A DNA stretch of 31,092 nt from a virus: UHGV virus genome UHGV-0151410; one strand, written 5' to 3'. Below, piece after piece: positions 8,973-19,270 of the stretch. The notes below the pieces were generated by a model, which worked only from the letters and a program-made list of their open reading frames with translations, ran no database searches and had not been told where the DNA came from. The stretch's first letter is position 1. Each line of letters begins with the position of its first letter. The translations under genes and the position numbers were made by a program.

Positions 8973-9818
8973 TTAAACAGGTTGAAGGTGGTAATCCAAA
9001 GGCCACGCATCGAGTGGGGTTACATCAAGATGTAATTGCTTTTCTGCCGTTCTGTTCTGTATGGCGTTAAGAGAAATATTGTTTACCTGGCAGGAGGTAT
9101 CACTACGGGATAGCATATCAGCCATACTCTCAGTAACATAAACACCTTCAATTACCGAAACATCCGTAGACAAGCAATTTAGTATTTCTGCCACTTCAGG
9201 GAATACAGCACTAAGCCGAAACGAGACGCCATCAAAAACAATATGCAATGGCAACAAAGGGGCTATTACTGTTTCGAAGTCAGATAACAATTTCTGCACA
9301 GCGGCTTCTTTATCCTGCTCTCCATATGAGCGATATAGCTTGTTCTGATCAACAACGACCAGCCCCCTTGATGTCAGGAAGAACTCACCGAATTGAGCCT
9401 GTGCCGTAGGTATTTCTATTTCGGTCGCAAAATATGAACCATAGGGGTGTTTTTCTATATTTACAGGTGCATACAGCGGTTCCCAACTAACAGGAATACA
9501 ACCGAATTCACGCCAGAATGTCTGCTCAATAGGCAAGATAGTGCCTTTAAAGTGCACTTCATCTAAACGTTGCGCCAGCAGCATTGGCCTACGGTCCTTA
9601 TCTTTTTCAGTGATAACGAAAAAACGCCCGTATTCAGCAATGCGGGCATCCATATCCTCACTGTCCATAGTGAAGAAGGATTTTCTGTTACTTATTCTTG
9701 TTAATATTGGTTCTACTGCCTCATTCCAGACATCCTGTAAAGCGTCTATAAATGCACTCCAGAGATGTGAATCCTGTTTTACTTTAGTTAATCGTTCCTT
9801 AAGCCAATTATCTTTCAT
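8973..9818 (-). CDS. Putative baseplate protein
   Basis: 281 aa ORF in the baseplate block between the fibre genes and the J-like wedge protein; assignment by context only. Confidence 0.5.
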   Translation of the reverse strand: MKDNWLKERLTKVKQDSHLWSAFIDALQDVWNEAVEPILTRISNRKSFFTMDSEDMDARIAEYGRFFVITEKDKDRRPMLLAQRLDEVHFKGTILPIEQTFWREFGCIPVSWEPLYAPVNIEKHPYGSYFATEIEIPTAQAQFGEFFLTSRGLVVVDQNKLYRSYGEQDKEAAVQKLLSDFETVIAPLLPLHIVFDGVSFRLSAVFPEVAEILNCLSTDVSVIEGVYVTESMADMLSRSDTSCQVNNISLNAIQNRTAEKQLHLDVTPLDAWPLDYHLQPV

Positions 9819-9828
9819 GCTAACCTCA

Positions 9829-11259
9829 TTACGGGTAAGAAATGCTGAACGTTGAAGATTTTACGTTAAGATAAATGAAGTCATTAAAGTAAACAGCATC
9901 TTTCATATTTTGTATTGTTATGTCGTAAGACAGAAACATATCCAGAGACTCTATTACTCGCCAAATATCTTTAACTTTTACCTGTGCATAACATTGTTGG
10001 GAATCATCATCACTCTGTAGTAATAAACTGAATGATGACGAATCACGGCCAAAATTATCTTCCAATGCTGCTTTAATAGCATTTTTAGCATCGTCTATCA
10101 GAACATTTTTACGTGCAATACCTATAAAATTTATAGTAAATGGCTGTTCATTTGTATCTACATACTCGAACCGCTTGTTCAACTCATTTGGAACATTCTC
10201 TAGAGCTTTCAGTATTTCTGATTTTAGCTGAGCCTGGCTTACACCCGGCTTATGTCCGCAAAAGAAAATTTTGTTGATGTTTCGAACGTCAAACCCAGTT
10301 ATTTTCTCTTGTAACGCTTCGCCCCAAACGTTCAACCATGAAGTTCCATGAACAACATTCTGAATGAATTGGCGATAATCACCGCCCCATACCACTTGTT
10401 CATCGTATGCAACATAATACTGAGCACGATTTCGAGTTTCTTCTGTAGTTTCCATACCACTACCACCGGTAATGATCGAATCAGTTTTAAACTCTAGTGA
10501 CTCCACATATTGAGCGATATTTCCAGCCGGTTCTAACTTTTGTCCTTCAGCCAAAGTATAGTCGCCAAGGCTAGCCATAACATCGATTCGAACCTGACAG
10601 CCTGCTGGAGGCATCATACCCATAGAACCATCACCAAACTTGACTCCAAGTTGTTCTGTAGGTTTATATGCCAATGAATAGTGCTTACTCTTGTCTCTGG
10701 ACATTCTAAATAATGGGTTATATGTCCATTTTTCTTCTACTCCATCTGTAATAACATAAACATCCAGGCTAGAGACTTCTTTTGTTAACTCTCTGGAAAG
10801 CAACAATGTCAGAAATAAAGTTTCCTTCTCAATATCAAATGTAATGCTAACAGCTTCATGCTGTTTAGTTTCTACGCCAGAAACAGTTCCTCCAGCAGGA
10901 ATTACAACACTGTTAATAATTGCCAAAGGTGTTTGGTCATTGGCAAGCAATTCAGCCCCGGCTGGTAACGTAATATCCCGATCAGTTTTATTGGTTATAG
11001 ACGTTGTTCCGTATGAAGCACTAACAAATCGCCCTACGTAGCTACGGTCTTCAGCAACCGCTAAAATACTTGAGCGACGCGTTGCCGTTGAAATAAGTCC
11101 CTCAGTGAGGCCGCGGCTTGCAAATGTACGGGCAATATAAATAAGCTGCGATCCGAATATAGCGTGCATCTGCACAAACTGACTATTTACAAATCGTGAC
11201 CACCATGTGTTTTCATTTAACTTGGCGTTAAATTTGTCCAGTAATTCTGTAATCGTCAC
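9829..11259 (-). CDS. Baseplate wedge protein, gpJ/gp6-like (P1 BplA-like)
   Basis: 476 aa; size and position next to a small gp25/W-like gene; stop overlaps the upstream gene by 4 bp (translational coupling). Confidence 0.55.
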   Translation of the reverse strand: MTITELLDKFNAKLNENTWWSRFVNSQFVQMHAIFGSQLIYIARTFASRGLTEGLISTATRRSSILAVAEDRSYVGRFVSASYGTTSITNKTDRDITLPAGAELLANDQTPLAIINSVVIPAGGTVSGVETKQHEAVSITFDIEKETLFLTLLLSRELTKEVSSLDVYVITDGVEEKWTYNPLFRMSRDKSKHYSLAYKPTEQLGVKFGDGSMGMMPPAGCQVRIDVMASLGDYTLAEGQKLEPAGNIAQYVESLEFKTDSIITGGSGMETTEETRNRAQYYVAYDEQVVWGGDYRQFIQNVVHGTSWLNVWGEALQEKITGFDVRNINKIFFCGHKPGVSQAQLKSEILKALENVPNELNKRFEYVDTNEQPFTINFIGIARKNVLIDDAKNAIKAALEDNFGRDSSSFSLLLQSDDDSQQCYAQVKVKDIWRVIESLDMFLSYDITIQNMKDAVYFNDFIYLNVKSSTFSISYP

Positions 11260-11630
11260 GCGCCCACCCCACTTGATTTCTGCATAACAATATCCATGCT
11301 CCCACCTTTCGCATAAAAACTAATTAATAAAGAATCTTCAGAAATTGATGTGCAACGAATCCCCTGCACATCCAAACCTGGCAAGTCTTGTCGTAGTTTT
11401 TTCATCATTCTCCCTTCAATAGCCACTTCAACTATGTGCGAAGTTTCAGAGCCGAATGGTTCATGCTTAAATTCTTCCATTGGACTCCCCCAAGAGGGTA
11501 AACCATAAACACTCCCTTCAGGGGTTCGTAGCCACTCGTCAAGTCGGGCCATCCATGCTGCGGTACTTCCTTCTGCAATAATGACACCGCTCTCATTCGT
11601 TTGAAGTCTTGCGTCTATTTCGTAAAGCAT
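11256..11630 (-). CDS. Baseplate wedge subunit, gpW/gp25-like
   Basis: 124 aa, typical size and position (immediately upstream of the J-like gene, overlapping stop/start). Confidence 0.5.
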   Translation of the reverse strand: MLYEIDARLQTNESGVIIAEGSTAAWMARLDEWLRTPEGSVYGLPSWGSPMEEFKHEPFGSETSHIVEVAIEGRMMKKLRQDLPGLDVQGIRCTSISEDSLLISFYAKGGSMDIVMQKSSGVGA

Positions 11631-11635
11631 CAGTA

Positions 11636-14600
11636 TTAATCCTCAAGCAGAGCATCCAGCGACTGGTCATTAATAGTTGTGCTCGCACGTGGTCGCGGCT
11701 GCGGCTGCGATGTTTTGACAACATTATCCGGATCGCCTTTTGTATTGTTCTTGTTCACATTCAGCAGATCGCTCAGGATAGAGCAGATGTTATCCAGCGC
11801 CTTCAACATAGCAGGATCGTTATTTATAGTGTCAGTAGTTAATGGTTGTCTTATTCCGCTTCGTGCGAGATCGGTTACAGTAGGGAGTTGTGGCGGCATA
11901 GCAAGAAAAGGTTCTTGCACAGCTGAAGCAGAGCCAAATATGGCGTTATTGGCACCAGTTGCTATTCCCCTAATGCTATTAGCGGTTTGTTGAATCCCCC
12001 CATTCAGCCAGTCTCCAACATTTCTTGTTAATGGGCTAATAGCTCGCGCAATCGCACTATTCTGCCCAGTAGACTGCATTACAAGATCGTTCAATATCCC
12101 TGTACTATCAATCCCCCCAACAAGTCGTGAAAGGTTATCGCCAACGGCAGGAATTACTGCGGTTCCTGCCTGTTTAAGCCCTGACACCGTGGAATCAAAT
12201 AGCGAACCAAAGAAGCTCTTATCCTCACCTGTAACCACCTTGTAGCCGTTGTCATAAATCTGCACATCACTTGGTGCCGTGATAGTTCGTTTTCCAGAGG
12301 TAACTACTGGCGCAGCTCCCGACATAGCCTGGTTGATTGCTAGAGCCTGCTCCTGCTGTGGGGTTTTCGGTGCTGGTGCTGCAGACGAAAAGCCCGCCAT
12401 AGCCTGGCTGATTGCTAGAGCCTGCTCCTGCTGTGGAGTTTTCGGAGTAGAAGGGGATACTTGATCTCCCGGAAGTAGATCAATGATTTCTGTATCGTGA
12501 TTAACAGTGCGTTTTTGTTGTATGGCTGTTGCGATATCAGCCACTTGAGAAGCTTTTTTAAATCCAAAAGATTTACCGGTTAAGCCGGATATCTTTTCAG
12601 TAAGAGCCTGATCCATTCCTTTCGCTTTTTCGGAAAGCGAAGATATAGAACCAAACGAAGTAGCCGACGCAAAATCCTTTACCAGGTCCAGACTTGTTCC
12701 AGCAAGGCTGGTAGCCGCGCCGCCAAATAAATTACTTGCACCACTGATTCCGCTTTCATTTATTGCGATTAACCGCTCAAGCAAACTCGATGGAGAGCCG
12801 GTATTAACATCAGCGTTCTCTGGATTAATCGGTTGTGGTTGGTTACCTTTTTTTTGTGGCTTTTTGGCGGCCTGGGCATGTTGTGCAACTTCAATTGGCT
12901 TAGGTGTTGCTGTTGGAACTGCATTCAATACAGGTTGTGCTGGAGATGTACCATCAGCATATTTCACCTTGCGACCAACGCTATATTGCGAATCACGAGC
13001 AATTAGTTGACCGCCATTCTCTTGCTGAATTTTATTAAGCCGCACCAATGTTTCATCGGAGAACCGCCCTTCCCAACGACCAGTATTTGCGTTGAATGCC
13101 CCAAGAGCATTCTTTATGAACTCATTGTTAACCGCCGGGTTTCCACCTTCTTTCGTCGCTATTGCACGAACTAATTGCGTCATAACCTCTGGGTTGCTGA
13201 CGTCTATTTTTTCATTAGGCGAGACGCCAAGATATTTACTGACGTTATCAATATATTGATTGGTATTGTTCTCATTTGGCGGCGCCCATTTGGAAATGAT
13301 GCTTGATACCGTCTGTAACTTCTGATGTCCTGCTGCGGCACTGGTGCCGTTGTAATAGCTTGACACTTGGTTTGCCAACGCCCTGATCCCTTCTTCAGGC
13401 GTGTTGAATCGAGCAAAACGCTGTTCACCTTTTGCATTCGGTGCTTCCAGCGTCGCCCCTTCCTGATTGGCGAAAACAAGGTTCCCGAGATTATTATTCC
13501 GATAATTGCGGTTTTTAGCGTTGCTGCCACCAATATTCAGATCCGCAGCAATGGTGTTACTGGTAGGCGCATTAAATTCAGCCGGGGAAGTATACCCGTG
13601 CTCACCAACACCATCTTCACCATCACGCCCGCCTTGTAGCTGTCGGCCCAGGTTATTAATTGCGGTTGCCGTTTGCTTGGTGCCATCTTCAACGGCTTTC
13701 TTAACCTGCGCAGTGCCTTCGCTGCTTGATGAGAACGATTCTTTTAGGCTGCTGAATACGGTTTTTGTCGTGTCTATAGAACTATTTATGTCACGAGCAA
13801 TATCTCCAGTGTTAAAATTCTGAAGTTTTTCACCTGCCCCTTCAAAGCCTAACGCAGAAATCCCTTTGCCTATTAGGTTGGTTGCACCCGACACTAAGCC
13901 GCCCATATCAAGCACATTAGCTGCTGCATAAGCGGTTTTTTGCTGTGTGGATACAGCATTATCATCACTTAAGCCAAAGGCTGCCTTTTGCGCCTCTGTA
14001 TCTGTGTAACCATCTATGGCGTCATATCCAGCCATTGCCAGCGAACCGATGATAGGGACCGCTCTTGCCGCTGTGGATGCTGCTGATTTAACACCTATTT
14101 TTGCAGCACTTTTGAGGGCTACAGATTCAGTTTTTTTCTTTGCAATGGCTTCGCCGGTTTTAATGGTGGCATCTTCAGCCACAACACCAGCTGACTTCAC
14201 GGCCTTAGCAGTATTTTTTGTTTCCTTTGCAATCCCCTTTGATGTATCGCTGATAGTGCTTACATCTTTGGGTTTGCTGATCTTATTTTTAACTACTTTT
14301 GCTTCTCCGACACCAGTGCCAGCCGCAGCGCTACCGGCAGCAACTTTTTCGCCAGCGGAGAGTGCTTTTTTCCCAAGATTGCGTCCTTTCCTTTTCGATT
14401 TGTTCCGTTTATTTTTTCCCGTCTGATCACCAATATTGATTTTATTTCTTCTGCTTGCTCGATTTTTCCAGAGATCACTTAAGCCGAACTTATTTCCAGA
14501 AGACACTGATTTCCGAAGCTTAACTATCTCGTCAGAAACATTTTCCAGACCATCAATTATTTTGTTGTCATTGGTCTGAAGGATTTTGGTTTGCTCTTCT

Positions 14601-15580
14601 ACTGCTTGTGCGGATTTTGTCTCAACAGCGTTATTGAACGCTTTTGCAGATGTTGCTTTTTGAGAATTCACCGCCGCCGGATAAGTAATTACTGGTGATA
14701 TTGCTTTCGAGGTTGATGTTTCTTTTTTCCCCTTTTCTACCCATTCTTTAAGAGATTCTGCTTTACCTGTGATCTCTTTAGTTATGTCGTACATGCCACG
14801 AGCCGCCATCCAGAACGGCCCACCAGCACCGACACCAGCTGCATTTGTTAAAGACTCTTCACTGGAAGACCGATTGCCATCTACCCCCATAATGGAACCT
14901 AGCTTTCTGAGAAAGCCAGCTTGTAATTTTGCGTCGGCTTTACGTGCGTTCTGCAATTCTTTTTTTCTGGCTACATCCTCATTGCTTTTTTGGGATACAA
15001 AACGTCCATTACTATCCCGCAGCGGGCCTTTTAGACTTTGGGGGGATTGTGGTTCAAGAGGGGCTGAATTAGCAGCTACCGGTATAAAACCGTCCGATTT
15101 TCGGATGGTCTGACGTGATTGCACGGAGCGAACACTTTCTGGTGTGTTCGTTGCAACGATAGAGCGGTCCACGGTTTGGTTTAACGGTGTCCTTTCCTTT
15201 TTAGCAGGGAGACGTTTTTTATATGGGTTAGTTTGGACATCTCTAACGCTATCAGATGTACTTTGCTCGTACTCTTTACGCCTGCGTGATAGTCTGTTGC
15301 TAACTCTGCCTTGCCTTTCGGCCTGTTGAGTTATGGTGCTTGCCCCAGAAAGAATGGCATCTTTGATCTCAGCAAGAGCCTTAAGTTCGTTTGTGCTCGC
15401 CCCCTGAATAGCGTCAATTATTGCGATACGGTCTTTATTCTCTTTCAAAATAACCTCTCTTTTACCAGCGGCGACAACGTTTCCCGGCTTGAGCTTTGTA
15501 TTTTTCTTCCAGGGCTTTTGACATATGGAGTGCTCGCCATTGTGGCAATTGTTCAACGTCACTAACGGGCTGATATCCAT
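11636..15580 (-). CDS. Tail tape-measure / injection protein (P1 Sit-like by size and position)
   Basis: 1314 aa, low-complexity Ala/Gly/Lys-rich segments, internal 25-aa tandem duplication (PKTPQQEQALAI.QAM.G x2). No transglycosylase catalytic motif was recognised by eye. Confidence 0.6.
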   Translation of the reverse strand: MDISPLVTLNNCHNGEHSICQKPWKKNTKLKPGNVVAAGKREVILKENKDRIAIIDAIQGASTNELKALAEIKDAILSGASTITQQAERQGRVSNRLSRRRKEYEQSTSDSVRDVQTNPYKKRLPAKKERTPLNQTVDRSIVATNTPESVRSVQSRQTIRKSDGFIPVAANSAPLEPQSPQSLKGPLRDSNGRFVSQKSNEDVARKKELQNARKADAKLQAGFLRKLGSIMGVDGNRSSSEESLTNAAGVGAGGPFWMAARGMYDITKEITGKAESLKEWVEKGKKETSTSKAISPVITYPAAVNSQKATSAKAFNNAVETKSAQAVEEQTKILQTNDNKIIDGLENVSDEIVKLRKSVSSGNKFGLSDLWKNRASRRNKINIGDQTGKNKRNKSKRKGRNLGKKALSAGEKVAAGSAAAGTGVGEAKVVKNKISKPKDVSTISDTSKGIAKETKNTAKAVKSAGVVAEDATIKTGEAIAKKKTESVALKSAAKIGVKSAASTAARAVPIIGSLAMAGYDAIDGYTDTEAQKAAFGLSDDNAVSTQQKTAYAAANVLDMGGLVSGATNLIGKGISALGFEGAGEKLQNFNTGDIARDINSSIDTTKTVFSSLKESFSSSSEGTAQVKKAVEDGTKQTATAINNLGRQLQGGRDGEDGVGEHGYTSPAEFNAPTSNTIAADLNIGGSNAKNRNYRNNNLGNLVFANQEGATLEAPNAKGEQRFARFNTPEEGIRALANQVSSYYNGTSAAAGHQKLQTVSSIISKWAPPNENNTNQYIDNVSKYLGVSPNEKIDVSNPEVMTQLVRAIATKEGGNPAVNNEFIKNALGAFNANTGRWEGRFSDETLVRLNKIQQENGGQLIARDSQYSVGRKVKYADGTSPAQPVLNAVPTATPKPIEVAQHAQAAKKPQKKGNQPQPINPENADVNTGSPSSLLERLIAINESGISGASNLFGGAATSLAGTSLDLVKDFASATSFGSISSLSEKAKGMDQALTEKISGLTGKSFGFKKASQVADIATAIQQKRTVNHDTEIIDLLPGDQVSPSTPKTPQQEQALAISQAMAGFSSAAPAPKTPQQEQALAINQAMSGAAPVVTSGKRTITAPSDVQIYDNGYKVVTGEDKSFFGSLFDSTVSGLKQAGTAVIPAVGDNLSRLVGGIDSTGILNDLVMQSTGQNSAIARAISPLTRNVGDWLNGGIQQTANSIRGIATGANNAIFGSASAVQEPFLAMPPQLPTVTDLARSGIRQPLTTDTINNDPAMLKALDNICSILSDLLNVNKNNTKGDPDNVVKTSQPQPRPRASTTINDQSLDALLED

Positions 15581-15594
15581 ACAGAGTCAGGTTG

Positions 15595-16416
15595 TTAATA
15601 ATGGTTAGCCATCCATTCAGATCTAATTGATGGGATAAACTCTCTATTGAGAAAGGGGACGTACAGTGTGGTTGTCACATCTGCACCCTCCTTAGCGTTT
15701 TTGCAATGTTGCGGAGGCAGGATCAGTCGGCTTGAGCCTCTCTCAATAGACATTTTCAGGCCGTGGCGTAGGTCTTTTTGCATAAGCTGTATGCGAGCCA
15801 CAAGCGGGGTAAATTCGGTTTCAAGCGCCATGCTTTCAATGATGTCAAAGCGTCGGTTAGCGGCCTGCGTGAAGTCCTCCGGATCGTCTTCAAGCGCCGT
15901 GCATAAAGCGAGTTCAGCAATTCGCATCCGTGCCACGCCAGCACTGTATTCGGGGCTTTTCATATCAGGAAGTGACGCTCGCATTCGTTCAAGGAGTTCC
16001 GCGCCTTTCCCGGTTAATGGTTTAAGTATCCAGTCAGTTGGTACTCCATTTACTGGTACGTTGGTTTTCACGTAAGGAGGTACAGTGAGTATTTCTACTG
16101 TTTGGGCCAGGTCGCTCAGGTTAATATCTGCATGATGCGTATTACCGCAGTGACTGCACTCATAGGAGTAGGTCATTACTGCATCGGGGCGCGAATTAAC
16201 AAATATCCACCAAAGAGCAGTTCTGCGATCCTGAACTGTCCAGTTAGCACTGTCGTTAATTTCACCATCCTGCATAGAGTTAAGGTACTCTGTAGTAGTT
16301 GCCTCATCTTCTGCCGGGTTCAGGTCAGAATATTTCAGCGCATCCTTCACGGTAGGGGCGTGGAACTGAATTTCTGTCTCAGGACGGGAAGGCAATGGGA
16401 ATTTTGGAATGTTCAA
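15595..16416 (-). CDS. Hypothetical tail-module protein
   Basis: 273 aa ORF with GGAGGA Shine-Dalgarno and TTG start; contains a CSHCGNTHH motif; function unknown. Confidence 0.5.
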   Translation of the reverse strand: MNIPKFPLPSRPETEIQFHAPTVKDALKYSDLNPAEDEATTTEYLNSMQDGEINDSANWTVQDRRTALWWIFVNSRPDAVMTYSYECSHCGNTHHADINLSDLAQTVEILTVPPYVKTNVPVNGVPTDWILKPLTGKGAELLERMRASLPDMKSPEYSAGVARMRIAELALCTALEDDPEDFTQAANRRFDIIESMALETEFTPLVARIQLMQKDLRHGLKMSIERGSSRLILPPQHCKNAKEGADVTTTLYVPFLNREFIPSIRSEWMANHY

Positions 16417-16521
16417 TTATTCCTCCGAAAAGCAGGTATCTGTTCATTTTCCAGAGGATAGGGAGTGTGTGATTTGCGATGGGGATTGAATGAAGATCTT
16501 TGCCGGTCGAGAAGCGATTAT

Positions 16522-16800
16522 TGAGGGTGATTTTTACACCTTAAGTGACGCTACTCACATATCCACAGAGTATTTTTATAAACCTTTTTCCATTTTTAAT
16601 CCTTTTTAGATCCTTTTTAGGCGTCGCTGGAGCCAGTAGTGGCGCGGGCTGTAGAGGAGGCTGGTGTAAGATTTGCCCTCAATTAAATACGGTCGGTGTA
16701 AGATTTGCCCTCAGAAGGTGTAAGATTTGCCCTCAAAAGGTGTAGTAATTGCCCTCAAAGTGATGTAAAAATTGCCCTCACCATTTGAAGGATCACACAG
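16522..16800. other. Putative plasmid origin region: one inverted iteron (16522..16540), DnaA box ATATCCACA (16559..16567), phased T-tract AT-rich segment (16581..16620), five direct iterons
   Basis: DnaA-box consensus match, CCTTTTT repeats at ~11-bp phasing, then a direct-repeat array immediately upstream of a Rep_3-type initiator gene. Confidence 0.7.
16663..16780. repeat. Five direct 19-bp iterons (GGTGTAAGATTTGCCCTCA and variants) at ~22-bp spacing
   Basis: Copies start at 16663, 16695, 16717, 16739 and 16762; consensus GGTGTA(A/G)NATTNCCCTCA. Confidence 0.85.
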
Positions 16801-16804
16801 GGTT

Positions 16805-17560
16805 ATGAACAGAGCGGAATTAACAGCAAAAGCCGTCAGCCTGATTGAGTCAGCGACACCTATTAGTCGTAGTTTGGCACAAGCCAATGAGATCACGGAG
16901 GCTGCTTATCACCTGACTCGCGACCAAAAGCGACTGTTGTTTATTGTGGTGGGAAGACTTCGCTATGCTTCTAAGGATGGCGTTCTTGGTTCAGGTGCCT
17001 GTGAGTTGACGGTCAACGAATATGCAGAGATGTATAATTTGCCCTCTGCTGAAGCCAGCAAGGATATTCGTAAGGCCATTTCAGGTCTTAGCGAGAAGAA
17101 AGTTACGATATATAACCCTGATGAATCGACCGAATCAGAAGACAGTTATGAGTCTTATCCCTGGATGATTAAGGATGCCTATTCACCACGTCGCGGGACT
17201 TACATTATTCATCTTAATCCATATCTCATGCCGTTTTTTACTCTGCTTGATAAGAGATTCACAAGGCTGAATTTTACCGAAGTATCTCGCCTTACAAATC
17301 CTTATTCTATGCGGCTTTATGAGTCCTTATGCCAGTACAGGAAGGATGATGGAAGCGGCTTTGCCATACTTGGCGTCGAATGGATGCGGGAGCGTTATGG
17401 GTTACCAAAAAGCTATCAGCGGTATGCCGAATTTAAGAGAAGTTTTTTAACGAAGGCTGTAGCAGAGATTGAAAAAAATACAAAAATGAAAATAGTCTTC
17501 TCAGAGGTGACGGAAGGCGGCAAAGTTACCAGGATAAAATTTACCTATCAGCAGTCTTAA
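16805..17560 (+). CDS. repA: Plasmid replication initiator, Rep_3 (RepA/RepE) family
   Basis: Motifs HLTRDQKRLLFIVV, NEYAEMYNL and NPYSMRLYESL parallel the conserved blocks of pSC101 RepA / F RepE-type initiators; flanked by iterons on both sides. ATG at 16805 preferred over the track's TTG at 16772. Confidence 0.8.
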   Translation: MNRAELTAKAVSLIESATPISRSLAQANEITEAAYHLTRDQKRLLFIVVGRLRYASKDGVLGSGACELTVNEYAEMYNLPSAEASKDIRKAISGLSEKKVTIYNPDESTESEDSYESYPWMIKDAYSPRRGTYIIHLNPYLMPFFTLLDKRFTRLNFTEVSRLTNPYSMRLYESLCQYRKDDGSGFAILGVEWMRERYGLPKSYQRYAEFKRSFLTKAVAEIEKNTKMKIVFSEVTEGGKVTRIKFTYQQS

Positions 17561-17850
17561 GGGCAATTTTTACACCCCTCTCAAGGTGTAGAATTTGCCC
17601 TTAACGATCGGCAATTGAGGGCAATTTTTACATCTTAATTGCATGTATCTTGTTATTAGCAAGTTGTGTTTTTATATAACGTATTGATATGTAAGGACTA
17701 TGTAAAAATCGCCCTCAACCAATATCGTGCGTATCGTGCATTCTTATTGCGCTTTTTTATTATCATTCACTGTGTTAACTGATTGATATTATTGAAATGT
17801 GTAAAGAATGCCTTCATTACAGATGAATTGATGATGTAAAAAATGCCCTC
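17559..17850. repeat. Downstream iteron cluster (incA-like copy-control array), both orientations
   Basis: Iteron-like 18-20-mers at 17559..17576 (inv), 17585..17603, 17616..17634 (inv), 17700..17717, 17832..17850 in an AT-rich region. Confidence 0.7.
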
Positions 17851-17941
17851 AAAATTGCGCTACCTTCCCTACCCGCTATCGTTGAGGGCGTGGGTGCTGA
17901 CGGGAAATGAGCAACCCTCCAGCACACATAATTAAAGCTAT

Positions 17942-18649
17942 TCAGAATTTGATCACTCCACTCACAGCCCCCTTTAACGCACTTGTAGCCATGCCAGCGG
18001 CACCGTTGACCAAAGCAGAAACACCTGAGCCTGCGGATGTGTATTTCTGGAAAGTGATTGGGTATGACAAGAACTCTGACACCTGATCACGTGAGCGTGT
18101 GATTTCCCCAAGTTGCGTAGGAAATACGCGCATTTCTTCTTCCAGTTCTTTTCCGCCGTCCTGAGTCACCCGGTAGACACGGATTTTCATCAGATATTCA
18201 GGAGGAAGGTTTATTGTTCCATCAGGATTTGTTACACGAGAACGACGCTCTTTGAACCAGTCCATGATCTTGCCATCTTCGGTATCCCTCACGGTCATAG
18301 TGACCGGTCCGGCGCTAACATAGGTTGGCTTGCTGAATTCTACGCTGCCGATCACCTTGCTTTCTGTCTCAATGTTTCCACTGCTGTAGGTGATATCCTT
18401 CACGAACATATCGAAGCCGTTCAGGCCATCCACTTCAACGGTCCACTGCCACCCCTGGGCGTAACGGATACGCATAGCGGCAGCAACAATATTTTTCCCG
18501 TAGGCAATATCGCTACTGTAATTCCCGCTTACCCCGCCGCCTGATATGGCTTTATCAAGAATGTCGCTAATGAGGTTGCTGGTGAATGATTTCGTGTTAA
18601 ATGACAATGCGGTGGTCAACGTTCTACCAACGCTGCTGAAAATACTCAC
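17942..18649 (-). CDS. Hypothetical virion structural protein (tail/baseplate block)
   Basis: 235 aa ORF in the minus-strand late cluster; no motif recognised. Confidence 0.5.
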   Translation of the reverse strand: MSIFSSVGRTLTTALSFNTKSFTSNLISDILDKAISGGGVSGNYSSDIAYGKNIVAAAMRIRYAQGWQWTVEVDGLNGFDMFVKDITYSSGNIETESKVIGSVEFSKPTYVSAGPVTMTVRDTEDGKIMDWFKERRSRVTNPDGTINLPPEYLMKIRVYRVTQDGGKELEEEMRVFPTQLGEITRSRDQVSEFLSYPITFQKYTSAGSGVSALVNGAAGMATSALKGAVSGVIKF

Positions 18650-18664
18650 TCTGCGCCTCCAGCG

Positions 18665-19216
18665 TTAAAAAATGGTAGCCCCCGGAATAATGGCCCGGTT
18701 TGAGGACATTTTTTCCTCAATCTCCTGCACGCGGGCATATAGCGTGGCTTCATCGGGCAGATCGGAGTAGTCAAATTTCCCGTCGATGGACGCTCTACGC
18801 TGCCGGGCGACATTTCTTACATTGATAAGCGCCTCCAGATATTCCTCCAGCATTCCAATGATTGCAGGAGGCACTTGCCATTCATCCAGCTCTCTGTCGC
18901 GTAGATTAACCAGATACAGCATTCGAAAAGGCCAGCGTTCTGAACCTGTTAGCTCTAATTCAATAAATCCGGATAATTCATCCGAATAGACCAACAAGCC
19001 GTTGTTGTCGGTAACATGAACCAGAGAGAGATAATCTTCTGGCAACGGGATTGCAGTACCACCAGCTTTTTCAAGTTTTAACGTTTTCACTACCCCTGCC
19101 CTGTCCTGATACGTGGTCAGAGCTTTGATCAGGAATGCTTTCAACGTTTCTTCTTCACGCACAAGCAGCGGATTAAATCGCTCTTTAACGCTTTCTAATA
19201 ATTCAATTGGTGTCAT
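18665..19216 (-). CDS. Hypothetical virion-module protein
   Basis: 183 aa ORF, same strand and tight spacing with neighbours. Confidence 0.5.
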   Translation of the reverse strand: MTPIELLESVKERFNPLLVREEETLKAFLIKALTTYQDRAGVVKTLKLEKAGGTAIPLPEDYLSLVHVTDNNGLLVYSDELSGFIELELTGSERWPFRMLYLVNLRDRELDEWQVPPAIIGMLEEYLEALINVRNVARQRRASIDGKFDYSDLPDEATLYARVQEIEEKMSSNRAIIPGATIF

Positions 19217-19245
19217 TGTTGCCTACAACTCAATAACAAGGATGT

Positions 19246-19264
19246 TCCCGCCACAAGGGCGGGA
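19246..19264 (-). terminator. Intergenic GC hairpin (TCCCGCC-ACAAG-GGCGGGA), possible partial terminator after the tube-like gene
   Basis: Stem-loop immediately after the stop of 19271..19762, followed on the minus strand by a U-rich stretch. Confidence 0.35.
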
Positions 19265-19270
19265 TAGGGA

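Noticed and set aside
12279-15565. Numerous + strand ORFs (for example 13367..13639, 13506..13823, 14016..14426, 14769..15113) within the tape-measure gene
   Set aside because: Antisense to a long continuous minus-strand ORF, low-complexity translations, no start signals.
11636-15580. Naming the 1314-aa protein specifically as a lytic transglycosylase (Sit)
   Set aside because: No soluble lytic transglycosylase catalytic motif was recognised by eye, so only the generic tape-measure/injection call is made.
16663-17850. Possible CRISPR array suggested by regularly spaced ~19-bp direct repeats
   Set aside because: Spacers are only 3-13 bp, repeats occur in both orientations and flank a Rep_3 initiator gene; these are replication iterons.
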